From contig OZ245033.1 of assembly GCA_965224025.1 (NCBI GenBank), forward strand, positions 32,001-96,000: a DNA stretch of 64,000 nucleotides, in the 5' to 3' direction. Below, one piece after another: positions 7,992-19,607 of the stretch. The first letter of the stretch is position 1, and each line of letters begins with the position of its first letter. The notes beneath the pieces were generated by a model, which saw nothing but the letters and a program-made list of their open reading frames with translations, searched no databases and was not told the origin of the DNA. The DNA comes from Candidatus Multivorans sp. GTDB lineage: Bacteria > Acidobacteriota > Thermoanaerobaculia > Multivoradales > Multivoraceae. The position numbers and the translations under genes were made by a program.

Positions 7992-9649
7992 TTCGAGCGC
8001 TCTCTCTGGTTGCAACGGCACTCGCGGCGGTGCCCGCGGCGGCGATCGTATACGTCTTTCCAACCGACGAGTCGATCGTGGCGCGGTCGGAAGTGATCGT
8101 GTTCGCCGAGGTGCGGTCCGCCGCGCCGGCGGCTGACGCGAGCCAGCCGTCCACGGACTACGCGGTCGAGGTCGTGGAGGTGCTGAAGGGCTTCGTACCC
8201 GGCGGCACGATCATCGTCCGTCAACCTGGGGGCGTCGGCGCCAACGGCGTGGCGATGAAGGTCCTCGGCGTGCCCATGTTGGCCGACGGAGATCGGGTCC
8301 TCCTCTTTCTCGATCCGGTGGACGATGTGTACCGTCCGGTCGAATTCGCGCTGGGCATGTTCTTCGAGGTCCGCGTCGGGGAACGTGTCCTGCTGGTTCG
8401 CGAACCCTCGCTTCGGGGCGAGGCGCCGGCCCCGGGCGACCCGGCGGCCGCCGAGCGGGTCCGGCGCCGCCGGCCCCGCGACGCGGCCCGTTTCCGCCGT
8501 TGGATCGTGGACCAGGCTTCCGGTGTCGAGCGGCCGGCCGACTACTTCGACGCCGGCTGGCCGGATTGGCCTCTCGCGGTCGCCGAGCCGTTCCGGGTCA
8601 CCCGCAGTCCTTCGGTCTGCCTCCACGAGGGCCTCCCAATCCGGTGGCGAGAGTTCGACCGCGGCGAGAGAGTGGGCTTGACCGTCCAGGCGGGCGATCA
8701 GCCGGGGGTGCCCGGCGGCGGCCTGTCCCAGGTGCGCGCAGCCATCCGCGCGTGGAACGAGGATCCCGAGAGCCGCGTGAACCTGGTCCTTGACGGCACA
8801 TCGAGCAAGGAGTTCCTGATCGACGATGTCGACGGAGTGAACTCGATCTCCTACGAAGATCCGTTCGACGAGATCCCGGGATCCTACGAGCACGGCGGTG
8901 GCGGCGTGATCGCGATCACGTACGCGTTCTTCTTCTGCGACGCGTCGGTCACGCCGCACGGCATTCCGGGCAACGAATCGATCGAGGCGCTTGTGATCGT
9001 CGAGGCGAACGTGACCACCCAGGACGGCTACGAGGAGTGGGTGAGCTCGAACTCGAATCCGCGCAAAGCGCACGAGGAGGTCATGGCCCACGAGTTCGGC
9101 CATGTACTGGGGATATCCCACCCCTGCGGCGATCGCGCCAGCGGCAACTGCGACAGCGTGACCGCGGAGGCGCTGATGCGCGCCAGGGTCCACGGCGACG
9201 GCCGCGGCGCCGCGCTCAACAGCGACGACCGGGCCGCCGTGCGCCACCTGTATCCGGTTCCGCGCGATCCGTATCCCGACCCGCCGCAGGGACCTGGATA
9301 CACGAGTTGCCGTCCGGAGACCACGCCGCTCGTTTTCGACGGGGGCTATGAGGTGCGCATGTGCTACGAGACGCCGGCCGGCGAGGTCGGCGAGGCGAAG
9401 TCCGGCATCTGGGCCTCGTCCGAGTCGGGCCTGCTCTGGTTCTTCAGCCGCACCAATGCGGAGGTCCTGATCAAGGTGCTGGACGGGTGTCGTTTCAACG
9501 GTCACCGCTGGGTCTTCGCGGCCCCGGTCACCGACGTGGCCTTCAATCTGTACGTCACGGACGGCAACGGGCACTATTGGCGCCACTTCAACCGGCAGGG
9601 TGAGAAGGCGGCGACGAAGACGGACACCATGGCCTTCAGGTGCAACTGA
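7979..9649 (+). CDS. Secreted zinc metalloprotease, paralogue of 4163-6655, with one C-terminal domain
   Basis: Probable GTG start, signal peptide, HEFGHVLGISH, ALM Met-turn, SGLLWFFSRTNAEVLIKVLDGC. Confidence 0.85.
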   Translation: MPRVVRALSLVATALAAVPAAAIVYVFPTDESIVARSEVIVFAEVRSAAPAADASQPSTDYAVEVVEVLKGFVPGGTIIVRQPGGVGANGVAMKVLGVPMLADGDRVLLFLDPVDDVYRPVEFALGMFFEVRVGERVLLVREPSLRGEAPAPGDPAAAERVRRRRPRDAARFRRWIVDQASGVERPADYFDAGWPDWPLAVAEPFRVTRSPSVCLHEGLPIRWREFDRGERVGLTVQAGDQPGVPGGGLSQVRAAIRAWNEDPESRVNLVLDGTSSKEFLIDDVDGVNSISYEDPFDEIPGSYEHGGGGVIAITYAFFFCDASVTPHGIPGNESIEALVIVEANVTTQDGYEEWVSSNSNPRKAHEEVMAHEFGHVLGISHPCGDRASGNCDSVTAEALMRARVHGDGRGAALNSDDRAAVRHLYPVPRDPYPDPPQGPGYTSCRPETTPLVFDGGYEVRMCYETPAGEVGEAKSGIWASSESGLLWFFSRTNAEVLIKVLDGCRFNGHRWVFAAPVTDVAFNLYVTDGNGHYWRHFNRQGEKAATKTDTMAFRCN

Positions 9650-9764
9650 AGCTCCCTGGGAACGCGGGCGCGCCGCCGCGCGGCGGCGTGCGCGAGTCGT
9701 TGGAAGCCCCACGTCCGTAGCGACACGTTCCCCGCCACATCCCCGTCCTGTAGCGTCGCGCATC

Positions 9765-10928
9765 ATGCGGATCGCCGTCGTCTGGAACCACGGCACGCCC
9801 CTGAGCCGGTGCTCGTTCCGGTTCGAGGAGTACATCCGCGGCCTCGAAGAACTCGGCCACGAGGCGTTCGTCGTCTGCCCGCAGTCCTCTGACGACGGCT
9901 TCCCCGTGCCGACCTTCTGCCCACCAGTCGGCGAGGGGCTGGCGAACCGGGACTTCTGGTTCGATCTCAAGGTCCACGTCGCGATTCTGCCGTCTTTCCA
10001 CCAGATGTCCGGCCTGCTCGAGTTGCTGGTGGGTATCGGTGTGCGCACGATCGCCATGGGGGACTCGGACGGGCAGATGGGGTTGCGGGCCTTTCCGCTC
10101 GCGACGATGAGACGGACGGTCTACGCCGGCGCCTTCGACCGGAGGCAGCGGCGCCGGCAGTTGGCCAGGCTCGGGCTTCGCTACCTGCGCTCGTTCCAGC
10201 GCCGCGATCCGCAGGACGCCGAGTTCCTGCGCAGCGCCAGGTTCTCCGACCTGCTGATCCTGGGCAACGCGGAGTCGCGCGACCACTTCCGTCGTTTCCT
10301 GCGCAAGGCCGGCGCCGGCGACCATGCCGAACGGGTCCACGTGGCGCCGCTCGCGATCAACAGGGTCTTTTGCGAGTTCCCCGGCCTCGAACGGGAGCGC
10401 CGCGGCCTGGTGGCGATCGGCCGCTGGGACGACCCCCAGAAGAACGCGCCTCTGTTGGCCGGGGCGCTGACCCGCTATCTCGCCACCGCCGGCGACGAGG
10501 AAGAACAGCCGGTCCACATCTTCGGCGACGGCGGCGAAGAGCACTTCCGAGACCTGTGCGGGCGGTTCCCCGGTGTCGTCTACAGGGGTCCTCGGCACCC
10601 GCCGGTGCTGGCCGAGGCGCTCGCCGGCAGCCGCTCCATCGTCTTTTCCTCGCGCTGGGAGGGCTCCCCGCACGCCGGCTGCGAGGCCCTCTCCATGGGC
10701 GCGACGATCATCGGCACGCCGATCCCGAGCTTCCGGAGCTGGTCCGAAGACGGCGCTTACGGCCGGGTCGCATCCGCCCACCGCGCCGGTCCCCTGGCCA
10801 ATGCGATCGCGGCGGAGCAGGCCGCCTGGCGCCGCGGCGAGCGAGACCCGGTTAGCATCGCCGCGGTGTGGCGCGAAAGGAGTTCCGGCCGCGGCGTCTG
10901 CAAGGCGATGCTGGCGGCCCTGTCGTGA
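9765..10928 (+). CDS. Glycosyltransferase family 4 (GT-B)
   Basis: MRIAVV N-terminus, IGRWDDPQKN, SRWEGSPHAGCEALSMG. Confidence 0.85.
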   Translation: MRIAVVWNHGTPLSRCSFRFEEYIRGLEELGHEAFVVCPQSSDDGFPVPTFCPPVGEGLANRDFWFDLKVHVAILPSFHQMSGLLELLVGIGVRTIAMGDSDGQMGLRAFPLATMRRTVYAGAFDRRQRRRQLARLGLRYLRSFQRRDPQDAEFLRSARFSDLLILGNAESRDHFRRFLRKAGAGDHAERVHVAPLAINRVFCEFPGLERERRGLVAIGRWDDPQKNAPLLAGALTRYLATAGDEEEQPVHIFGDGGEEHFRDLCGRFPGVVYRGPRHPPVLAEALAGSRSIVFSSRWEGSPHAGCEALSMGATIIGTPIPSFRSWSEDGAYGRVASAHRAGPLANAIAAEQAAWRRGERDPVSIAAVWRERSSGRGVCKAMLAALS

Positions 10929-13099
10929 CCGCCCGACCGCTCGAGGTCATCCTCGACACCACCGAGCGCTGCAACCTGAAGTGCAAGATGTGCTACTTCT
11001 CCGCGGTCGACCGGCTGCAGTTCCTGCCCTTCGACCGGAACCTGTCGCGCACCGGCATGATGCCGCTCGATACCTTCGGCCAAGTCGCGGCCGACCTGTT
11101 CCCGCGCGCCCACCGCGTCGCCCTCGGATGCGCCGCCGAGCCCCTGGTGCATCCGAAGTTCATCGACATCGTCCGCGAGGCGGGGAGCTACCGCATCCCG
11201 GACCTCTGGTTCCCCACCAATCTGCTGCCGCTCACTCCGCCCAAGGCGGAGGCGATCTGCGAGGCGGGGGTCAAGACGGTCGGCGTGTCGATGGACGGCA
11301 CCCGACCTGAGACCTACGAGACGATCCGGGTCGGCGCCACGTTCGCCCGGCTGATGCGCTCGCTCGATCTTCTGAACGAGGTTCGGCGGGGCGCCGCCAC
11401 CCGCCTGCGGCTCATCTTCGTCTGGATGCAAACGAACCGCGCCGACCTCGCCGATCTGCCGCGCTTCGCCGAGGAGGTCGGCGCCAGCGAGCTCGACGTC
11501 CGGTTCGTCGCGCCGACCGCCCACGTCACTGCCGAGGACGAACTGCTCGACGGCGAGGATCCGGGCGCCCTGCGGGCCGAGCTGGCCGCGGCCGCCGAAG
11601 ACGCGGCCGCCCGGGGCCTCCGGCTCGTGTCCTACCCCGACTTCGACGACGGCGGCGCGATCGGGCTCCGCGGCCACCTGCTGCGCTGGCGCGCCGGGCT
11701 CTACGACCGCCGGCGCCTGCGCGGTCGCGTCCGGACCGCGGTCGCCGGCTGCGCCTGGCCCCGCCACACCGTCGTCGTGCGGCCGAACGGCGCCGTCTCG
11801 CCGTGCATTTTCTGGGAAGAGCAGCCGATTGGCCTCTACCCCGAGACGACGCTCGCCGAAGTCGAGCGCTCACCGCTCCTTTCCTCGATCACCGACGGCC
11901 TGCGCACCGGCAACCCCTGCGGCACCTGCCGCACCTGCTCCGAACGCAAGCACGCCCTGTACTTCCGGCTCCAGTGGCGGCAGCAGGTCGAAGAACGCCT
12001 CGAACAACTCGGCCCCGGCCCCGGGACCGCCGGCCTTGTCCCCGCTTCGTCCCCTTCCAGGGACGCCCGCGGCGACACGAGGTCGGTTGCAGTAGAGCAC
12101 CCCGGTCCCTCTGACGCCGTATCTCTGCGCGCGCGGGCCTTCGGGCCCGCCGGTAACGCGGGTCTTCTGACCCGCGAGGCAACCAGGGCGCGAAGCGGCG
12201 AGCGCGAGCCGCCCACCCCCACATGGGGCCTGCCCGCCCCCGTCCGCGCCGCCTCCTCCGCCTCCGCCCCCGGCGACTGGATCGCCGAGCACGCCCCCGA
12301 CGCACCGCACGACCGCGTCCTCCTCGTCGGCGACGCCGCCTGGGCCCCCGAGCTCCTCCGCACCGGCTTCGCCGCCCATGTCGACATCGTCGCACCCCCT
12401 GGGACCGCGGGCGTCCCGTCCGCATCAAGCGCGCCGCCGCGCAACGGCGCGCCCGAGCCGCGGTCCGATCCCCCCATCCAGCACCTCCTCCTCGACCCCC
12501 GCCGCCCCGAACTCCCCGCGGCCGCCTACGAGGCCGTGTGCTGCATCGGCGGCTTCTCCGCCCACCTGCGGCTTGAGCGCCTCCTGATCGCCGTGCTCGA
12601 GGCCCTCGAACCCGGCGGCAAGTTGATCGTCGACGACTACGTCGGTCCGGCCCGGCACCAGTGGAACGGCCGCGCCGCCGCCGCCGCCGCCGCGGCCTTT
12701 CGCCGCCTCCCGGCTACCGCCCGCCGATTCGGCCGGCTGCCCCTGCCCCCGATCGAGGGCGACTGCGCCCACGCCATCCGTTCCCGGGACCTGGGTCGCC
12801 TGATCCGCACCGGCTTCCGGGTCGAATCCGTCCGCCCCTACGGCGGCGATCTGGTCGCCCCCCTTGGTTCCTGCGTGGACTGGCGTCGACTTTCCGCGGA
12901 CGAGCTGCGCCGCCTGGCGCGGGGCTCCGGCCGCTTGAGAGCCCACTACGCGCTGACCGTCGCGAGACCGCATAGCGGCTTGGCCAGACGGCTCGCGCGA
13001 CTGCGCTACCAGGTCGGGCCGAAGGTGCGCCGCGTGTTGATCTACGAGCCGCGCCGCGCCCGCGACCTGGTCCTCCAGGCGCTGCGGGGGCAGGTGTAG
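10925..13099 (+). CDS. Radical SAM / SPASM protein fused to a methyltransferase-like domain
   Basis: CNLKCKMC; CAWP..NGAVSPC..CRTC; C-terminal LEPGGKLIVDDYVGP; GTGA coupling to the GT4 gene; linker contains REP sequence. Confidence 0.8.
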   Translation: MTARPLEVILDTTERCNLKCKMCYFSAVDRLQFLPFDRNLSRTGMMPLDTFGQVAADLFPRAHRVALGCAAEPLVHPKFIDIVREAGSYRIPDLWFPTNLLPLTPPKAEAICEAGVKTVGVSMDGTRPETYETIRVGATFARLMRSLDLLNEVRRGAATRLRLIFVWMQTNRADLADLPRFAEEVGASELDVRFVAPTAHVTAEDELLDGEDPGALRAELAAAAEDAAARGLRLVSYPDFDDGGAIGLRGHLLRWRAGLYDRRRLRGRVRTAVAGCAWPRHTVVVRPNGAVSPCIFWEEQPIGLYPETTLAEVERSPLLSSITDGLRTGNPCGTCRTCSERKHALYFRLQWRQQVEERLEQLGPGPGTAGLVPASSPSRDARGDTRSVAVEHPGPSDAVSLRARAFGPAGNAGLLTREATRARSGEREPPTPTWGLPAPVRAASSASAPGDWIAEHAPDAPHDRVLLVGDAAWAPELLRTGFAAHVDIVAPPGTAGVPSASSAPPRNGAPEPRSDPPIQHLLLDPRRPELPAAAYEAVCCIGGFSAHLRLERLLIAVLEALEPGGKLIVDDYVGPARHQWNGRAAAAAAAAFRRLPATARRFGRLPLPPIEGDCAHAIRSRDLGRLIRTGFRVESVRPYGGDLVAPLGSCVDWRRLSADELRRLARGSGRLRAHYALTVARPHSGLARRLARLRYQVGPKVRRVLIYEPRRARDLVLQALRGQV
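12083..12210 (+). repeat. REP composite lying in frame within a CDS
   Basis: CGGTTGCAGTAGAG and CCGGTAACGCGGGTCTTCTGACCCGCGAGGCAACCAG, the latter matching the intergenic copy near 14172-14210. Confidence 0.8.
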
Positions 13100-13101
13100 C
13101 C

Positions 13102-14130
13102 GTGGGCTCAGCCGTTCGTTGGGGCATCCTCGGCCCCGGCGCCATCGCGCGCTCCTTCGCCACCGCCGTCGACGCGCTGGACGGTCACGAAGTGACCGCC
13201 ACCGGCAGCCGCGACCCGGACCGCGCCCGCGCCTTCAACGCTGAGCGCGGTTACGCCGCCGCCGGGGCGGGGACCTACCCTCAGCTCGCGCGGAGCGAGG
13301 CGGTCGATGCCGTCTACGTGGCCACGCCCCATCCCGGCCATCTCGAGCACGCGGCGCTGGCGCTTCGGCAGGGCAAGGCGGTCCTGTGCGAAAAGCCGCT
13401 CACCGTGAACGCCTCGGAGGCCCGCGCGATGTGCGGCATCGCCCGGCGGCACGGCGTCCTGCTCATGGAGGCCATGTGGAGCCGCTTTCTGCCGGCGACC
13501 CGCCACGTCGCGCGCTGGCTGGCCGAGGGTGCGATCGGCGAACCCCGGCGGCTCGCCTGCTCCTTCGGCTTCAGGGCCCCGTTCGACCCGAAGAGCCGGT
13601 TGTTCGCACCCGAACTCGCCGGCGGCAGCCTGCTCGACATCGGCTGCTACACCCTCTCGCTCGCCGCGCTCGTCTTCGGTGACGCGGTCACCGGCGCCGA
13701 ATCGCCGGCCCTCGACGTCGACGCGGAACTCGCGCCGACCGGTGTCGACCAGCACTGCCGCACGACCCTGCGGTTTTCCTCCGGCGCCGAGGCGCACCTC
13801 GAAAGCTCCGTCAGCCGTCACACCGATCACACCGCCGTGATCGAGGGAAGCGAAGGCCGCATCGAGATCCTCCGGTTCTGGCGCGCCCAGCGCGCGGTGC
13901 TCCACCGCGGCGCCCGCCGCGCTGCGACCGCCGAGTTTCCCTTCCTCGCCAACGGTTACGAGTACCAGGCCCTGGAGGTCGAACGTCTGCTGGGTGAAGG
14001 CGCGCTCGAGAGCCCCCTGCTGCCCCACGCCGAATCGATCGCGCTGGTTGAACTGATGGACGAGATCCGCCGGCGGATGGGAGTCCGGTACCCGTTCGAG
14101 ACCGCCATCGGCGTGACGGAGGGGGCGTAG
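13102..14130 (+). CDS. Gfo/Idh/MocA family oxidoreductase
   Basis: WGILGPGAIA, VYVATPH, LCEKP, GGSLLDIGCY. Confidence 0.93.
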   Translation: MGSAVRWGILGPGAIARSFATAVDALDGHEVTATGSRDPDRARAFNAERGYAAAGAGTYPQLARSEAVDAVYVATPHPGHLEHAALALRQGKAVLCEKPLTVNASEARAMCGIARRHGVLLMEAMWSRFLPATRHVARWLAEGAIGEPRRLACSFGFRAPFDPKSRLFAPELAGGSLLDIGCYTLSLAALVFGDAVTGAESPALDVDAELAPTGVDQHCRTTLRFSSGAEAHLESSVSRHTDHTAVIEGSEGRIEILRFWRAQRAVLHRGARRAATAEFPFLANGYEYQALEVERLLGEGALESPLLPHAESIALVELMDEIRRRMGVRYPFETAIGVTEGA

Positions 14131-14134
14131 GAGT

Positions 14135-14236
14135 GCGGCGCCGGCGGCGGGTGGAGCCGGCCTTCGGCCGGCCGGTAACGCGGGTCTTCTGACCCGCGAG
14201 GCAACCAGAGCGCGAAGCGGCGCGCGCGAGCTGTAC

Positions 14237-14240
<4 letters not shown>
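14135..14240 (+). repeat. REP composite between convergent genes
   Basis: GCCGGCCTTCGGCCGGC, GCGGGTCTTCTGACCCGC, GCGCGAAGCGGCGCGCGCGAGCTGTACTCA. Confidence 0.8.
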
Positions 14241-15913
<1,673 letters not shown>

Positions 15914-16051
15914 GGCCGCGGACTATGGCATGGGGCGCCTGCTCCTTCCTCTCAGGCGGCGCACCCGAGCCGCTTGCCCGCTCTCTGCCGTGCTAGTCTG
16001 TTCGGTATGACCGTTTCCAACACCCGCCTTGAAGCAACTGGAGGATTTCGC

Positions 16052-16396
16052 ATGAAGAAGGCACTGTTTGCGGTACTGGCTCTTTCGTTGATGGTCGGTG
16101 CCCCGGCGCTGGCTGGTGACACCTGGACCGGCGAGGTCCTCGACATGGTCTGCTTCGGGGACGGTCGGAAGGGCGCCGGTCACGCCGGCTGCGCCGTGAC
16201 CTGCCTGAAAAAGGGCAACGACATGGGTCTCCTGGTCGGCGATGAGGTCGTCAAGATCGACCGCGCCGGCTCCGACGCCGATGCGATCAAGACCCTCGAG
16301 GGTCTCGGCGGCAAGGCCGCCAAGGTCACCGGCAAGGCCATGACGGCCGACGACGGCGGCGTCACCGTGACCGTCAGCGCCGCCGAAGCCGCCTGA
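16052..16396 (+). CDS. Small secreted hypothetical protein with Cys/His motif
   Basis: GGAGGA RBS, signal peptide MKKALFAVLALSLMVGAPALA, DMVC..HAGCAVTC. Confidence 0.8.
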   Translation: MKKALFAVLALSLMVGAPALAGDTWTGEVLDMVCFGDGRKGAGHAGCAVTCLKKGNDMGLLVGDEVVKIDRAGSDADAIKTLEGLGGKAAKVTGKAMTADDGGVTVTVSAAEAA

Positions 16397-16420
16397 CCGC
16401 CGCGTCAGCGACTTTTCTGA

Positions 16421-16446
16421 GAGCGGGCCTCCGGGCCCGCTTTCGT
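16421..16446 (+). terminator. Putative intrinsic terminator hairpin
   Basis: GCGGGCC-TCCG-GGCCCGC then TTTCGT, between convergent genes; also resembles the REP hairpin. Confidence 0.5.
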
Positions 16447-16456
16447 CCGCCCCAGT

Positions 16457-17563
16457 TCAGAACCAGAACCACGCCGCCACCGCTGCCGCGGTCAACAGCA
16501 GCGCCAGCAGCGGACCGATCAGCACTCGCCACAGTGCCGGTGCCGGGCGCTCGCGGGCGAGGCGGCGGCGTTGGTCCCTGATCCGCGAGATCCCGGACTG
16601 CCATTCGGGCTCGGCCGGGCTGGCGGCGGAGCGATCGGCGGCGGCCGCCGCCTTCCGGGCCTGCGTACGAGCCACGCTGTCGATCGCCGGCCGAACGCTC
16701 GGGCGGAGTTCCGCGCTTGTCTGCCGCAACCGGCCGATCACGTCGTCCAGGGCCGCGCGGCGACGGTCCACGTCCCGGTCGAAAGCGGCGGCGAACACAG
16801 CCTCGAAGGCGTCGGGCGCGCTGCCCGGAAGGGCGCCGGTCAGGTCCAGGGGCTGGGCCTTGATGGCACGCCTCATCGCCGGGTAGGTATTCGCGATGAA
16901 GGGGAACTCGCCGGTGAGCAACTCGTAGAGCACGACTCCGAGGGTCCAGACATCGTCCGCGGTCGTGAAGTCCGCCGGGGCGCCGGTGATCGCCGCCTCC
17001 GCCCCGTCGACCTGCTCGGGCGAAAGGTAGGCCGCGGTCCACAGGTTCGGCGATTCGACGGCCTCGTTGGCCACGGCCAGCGTCACCGGCCCCAGGCTCG
17101 CCGGCGCCAGCAGGACGACCTTGCCGGCGTCCTGCAGTTGGACGTTCGCCGGACGCAGGCCGCCGTGAACCACCCCGGCCCGGTGCAGAGCGCGCACCGC
17201 GCGGGCCAGCGTGAGGCCAACGTCGGCGGTTTGCTCGGGGCTGAGCGGCGACCGCTGGAGGCGACGACGAATCGTCTCACCCCCGCCCAGGGACCAGGCG
17301 AGGAGCGCGGGCGGATCGAACGATCGATCGACAAGGCGCGAAGAGCCCAGTTCCCCTTCCTCGGCAGCGGCCGCCAGGACCTCCGCCCGCTCCGCCGCTG
17401 CCTCCACCTCCGCCCGCGGCGCGTCCTCGGGGAAGCGCTGGACCAGCACCCACGACCTGGCGCCGATGTCCTGGGCGCGGTAGAGCGGCAACGGCAACTC
17501 GCCCGGCAGGCAGGGAAGCGAGCCGTGCACGCGGAACCGCGAGACGATGTCGCCGGCCTTCAT
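16457..17563 (-). CDS. Membrane-anchored Ser/Thr kinase-like protein, probably a pseudokinase
   Basis: C-lobe motifs YLSPEQ and DVWTLGVVLYELLTG present; HRD replaced by HGG; no DFG; C-terminal TM helix. Confidence 0.8.
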   Translation of the reverse strand: MKAGDIVSRFRVHGSLPCLPGELPLPLYRAQDIGARSWVLVQRFPEDAPRAEVEAAAERAEVLAAAAEEGELGSSRLVDRSFDPPALLAWSLGGGETIRRRLQRSPLSPEQTADVGLTLARAVRALHRAGVVHGGLRPANVQLQDAGKVVLLAPASLGPVTLAVANEAVESPNLWTAAYLSPEQVDGAEAAITGAPADFTTADDVWTLGVVLYELLTGEFPFIANTYPAMRRAIKAQPLDLTGALPGSAPDAFEAVFAAAFDRDVDRRRAALDDVIGRLRQTSAELRPSVRPAIDSVARTQARKAAAAADRSAASPAEPEWQSGISRIRDQRRRLARERPAPALWRVLIGPLLALLLTAAAVAAWFWF

Positions 17564-17608
17564 GGCCGTGGATGTTGGCACGAGCCGGCGCCCGCAGCGA
17601 GAACGCTT

Positions 17609-17715
17609 CGGTTGCAGTAGAGAGTTGCGTCACGTGGCGGTGGTTCTCTGGGTGCGCGGGCCTTCTGGCCCGCGTCAAGCGCGCTGCCGCGAAGCGGCGC
17701 GCGAGTCGTCAACCC
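17609..17715 (+). repeat. REP composite
   Basis: CGGTTGCAGTAGAG..CTGGGTGCGCGGGCCTTCTGGCCCGCGTCAAGCGCGCTGCCGCGAAGCGGCG. Confidence 0.85.
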
Positions 17716-17850
17716 ACGCCTGCCGCCCCCCCGAGACGGAATCTCCCATGGCCCGTCGACGTTGCCGCCATCCGAACGCCACCCTCCGAACGCCTCCATC
17801 AGTTAGTCTTCTCCCCCGCTGACGACGTAACCAAGTTGGAAACCGAACCC

Positions 17851-19593
17851 ATGACGAAGCTCCGACGAACCTTCGCCAAGCCCTGGACTCTCGCCGCGGC
17901 GGCCCTGGTGCTGCTTGCGGCCATGGCGCCGGCCCCGGCGCCGGCCCAGCAAGAGGACCTGCCGGCCGTGTTCTCCGAAGTGATCGATGTCCGGGTCGTG
18001 AACGTCGAGGTCGTGGTCACCGACAAGCAGGGCAACCGCGTCCACGGTTTGAAGGCGTCGGACTTCGAACTCCTGGTCGACCGCGAGCCGACGCCGATCA
18101 ACTACTTCACGGAGATCGACGAGGGTCTGGCCAGGGAGACGGCCGGCGCCGACGTGGCGGGCGTGCCGAACCTGGACCCGAACGCGCCGGTGGGCACGAG
18201 CTTCCTCCTCTTCATCGACGACTTCTTCTCGATCAGCCGCGACCGCGACCGGGTGCTCGACCGCCTGGAGAACGATCTGACGCAGCTTGGGCCTGCCGAC
18301 CGGGTGGCGGCCGTCGCCTTCGACGGCAAGACGGTCACCATGCTCACCACCTGGACCAACTCGCCGACCCAGTTGTCGGATGCGCTGCGGCAGGCCCGCC
18401 GGCGCAAGACCCATGGCCTGATGCGCCTCGCCGAACTGCGCACGAATGACCAGGAACGGACCGAGCAGGCGAACCTGCGTGCCATCGCCAACCGGTTCGC
18501 CGAGGAGGGCGGCGTCCAACTGCCCGAGGACGTGCTGCGCAACAGCCTGCGCGGCACCGAGCTGCGCTACGCGACGAACCTGGAGAGCCAGTTGGAGCGC
18601 TCCGTGCTGGCGGCCGTGGCGACCCTGCGCAGCTTCGCCAACCGGCCGGGGCGCAAGGTAATGCTCCTGCTCGCGGGCGGCTGGCCCGAATCGCCGGCGC
18701 TCTACACGATCGCCGACCGCGGCATAGGCCCCGAGAGCCTCGGCGCCTCGTCCGACTCCCGGCTCATGAGCCAGGACGACCTCTACGGCCCCCTCGTCTC
18801 CGCCGCAAACCTGATCGGCTACACCCTCTACCCGGTCGACGTGCCGGGATTCCGCCCGGAGTTCTCGCTGGATGCGTCGGTGGGGTTCGACGGCAACTCG
18901 GCGGCCGACCCGTCCCGGGGCGCCGGCGCGTTCCAGGAGCGCGAGCTGCTCCAGCACAGCACGCTCCAACTGCTGGCCCATTCGACCGGCGGCGTGCCGA
19001 TGATCAACTCCGGACGCGACACGGCCCTGGCCGACGCGGTGGCTGACACCCGCTCCTACTACTGGCTCGGTTTCGAGCCGCGGCGGCGCGAGGACGACGA
19101 GGTCCACGACATCGACGTGCGCCTGGTGGGCTATCCGGAGTACAGGGTGCGTTCGCGCGAGGGCTATGTGGACATGTCGCGCGGCTCCGAGGTCACGATG
19201 ATGGTCGAGGGCTCGCTGCTGTTCGGCAATCCGCCCTCCGCCAAGCCTCTCGGCGTCCGCTTCGGCAAGCCGCGGCGGGCCGGGCGGGGCAAGATGATCG
19301 TGCCCATCGCCGTCGCGATCCCCCTCGACGAAGTGACGCTCCTGCCCGTGGCGGGCGTGTGGCAGAACGAGCTGGAGTTCCGCGTCACGGTGATGGACGA
19401 GAACGGCAACCGCTCGGAAACGCCGGTCGAGACGATTCGCATCGCCGGTAGCCAGCAACCGCAGCCGGGCCAGTACTTCACCTACGAGAGCGGCCTGGAA
19501 CTCCGCCGCCGCGAGCATACCTTCGTCATCGCCGTCTACGACCCGCTCACCGGCGCGATCCTGTCCTCGAGCGGGGACATCGGCCCGCGGTAG
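17851..19593 (+). CDS. VWA domain-containing protein (VWFA-related acidobacterial type)
   Basis: Signal peptide, DVRVVNVEVVVTDKQG, GRKVMLL, STGG, SYYWLGFEP, VRSREGY. Confidence 0.85.
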   Translation: MTKLRRTFAKPWTLAAAALVLLAAMAPAPAPAQQEDLPAVFSEVIDVRVVNVEVVVTDKQGNRVHGLKASDFELLVDREPTPINYFTEIDEGLARETAGADVAGVPNLDPNAPVGTSFLLFIDDFFSISRDRDRVLDRLENDLTQLGPADRVAAVAFDGKTVTMLTTWTNSPTQLSDALRQARRRKTHGLMRLAELRTNDQERTEQANLRAIANRFAEEGGVQLPEDVLRNSLRGTELRYATNLESQLERSVLAAVATLRSFANRPGRKVMLLLAGGWPESPALYTIADRGIGPESLGASSDSRLMSQDDLYGPLVSAANLIGYTLYPVDVPGFRPEFSLDASVGFDGNSAADPSRGAGAFQERELLQHSTLQLLAHSTGGVPMINSGRDTALADAVADTRSYYWLGFEPRRREDDEVHDIDVRLVGYPEYRVRSREGYVDMSRGSEVTMMVEGSLLFGNPPSAKPLGVRFGKPRRAGRGKMIVPIAVAIPLDEVTLLPVAGVWQNELEFRVTVMDENGNRSETPVETIRIAGSQQPQPGQYFTYESGLELRRREHTFVIAVYDPLTGAILSSSGDIGPR

Positions 19594-19607
19594 GCCGAGC
19601 GAGTTCC

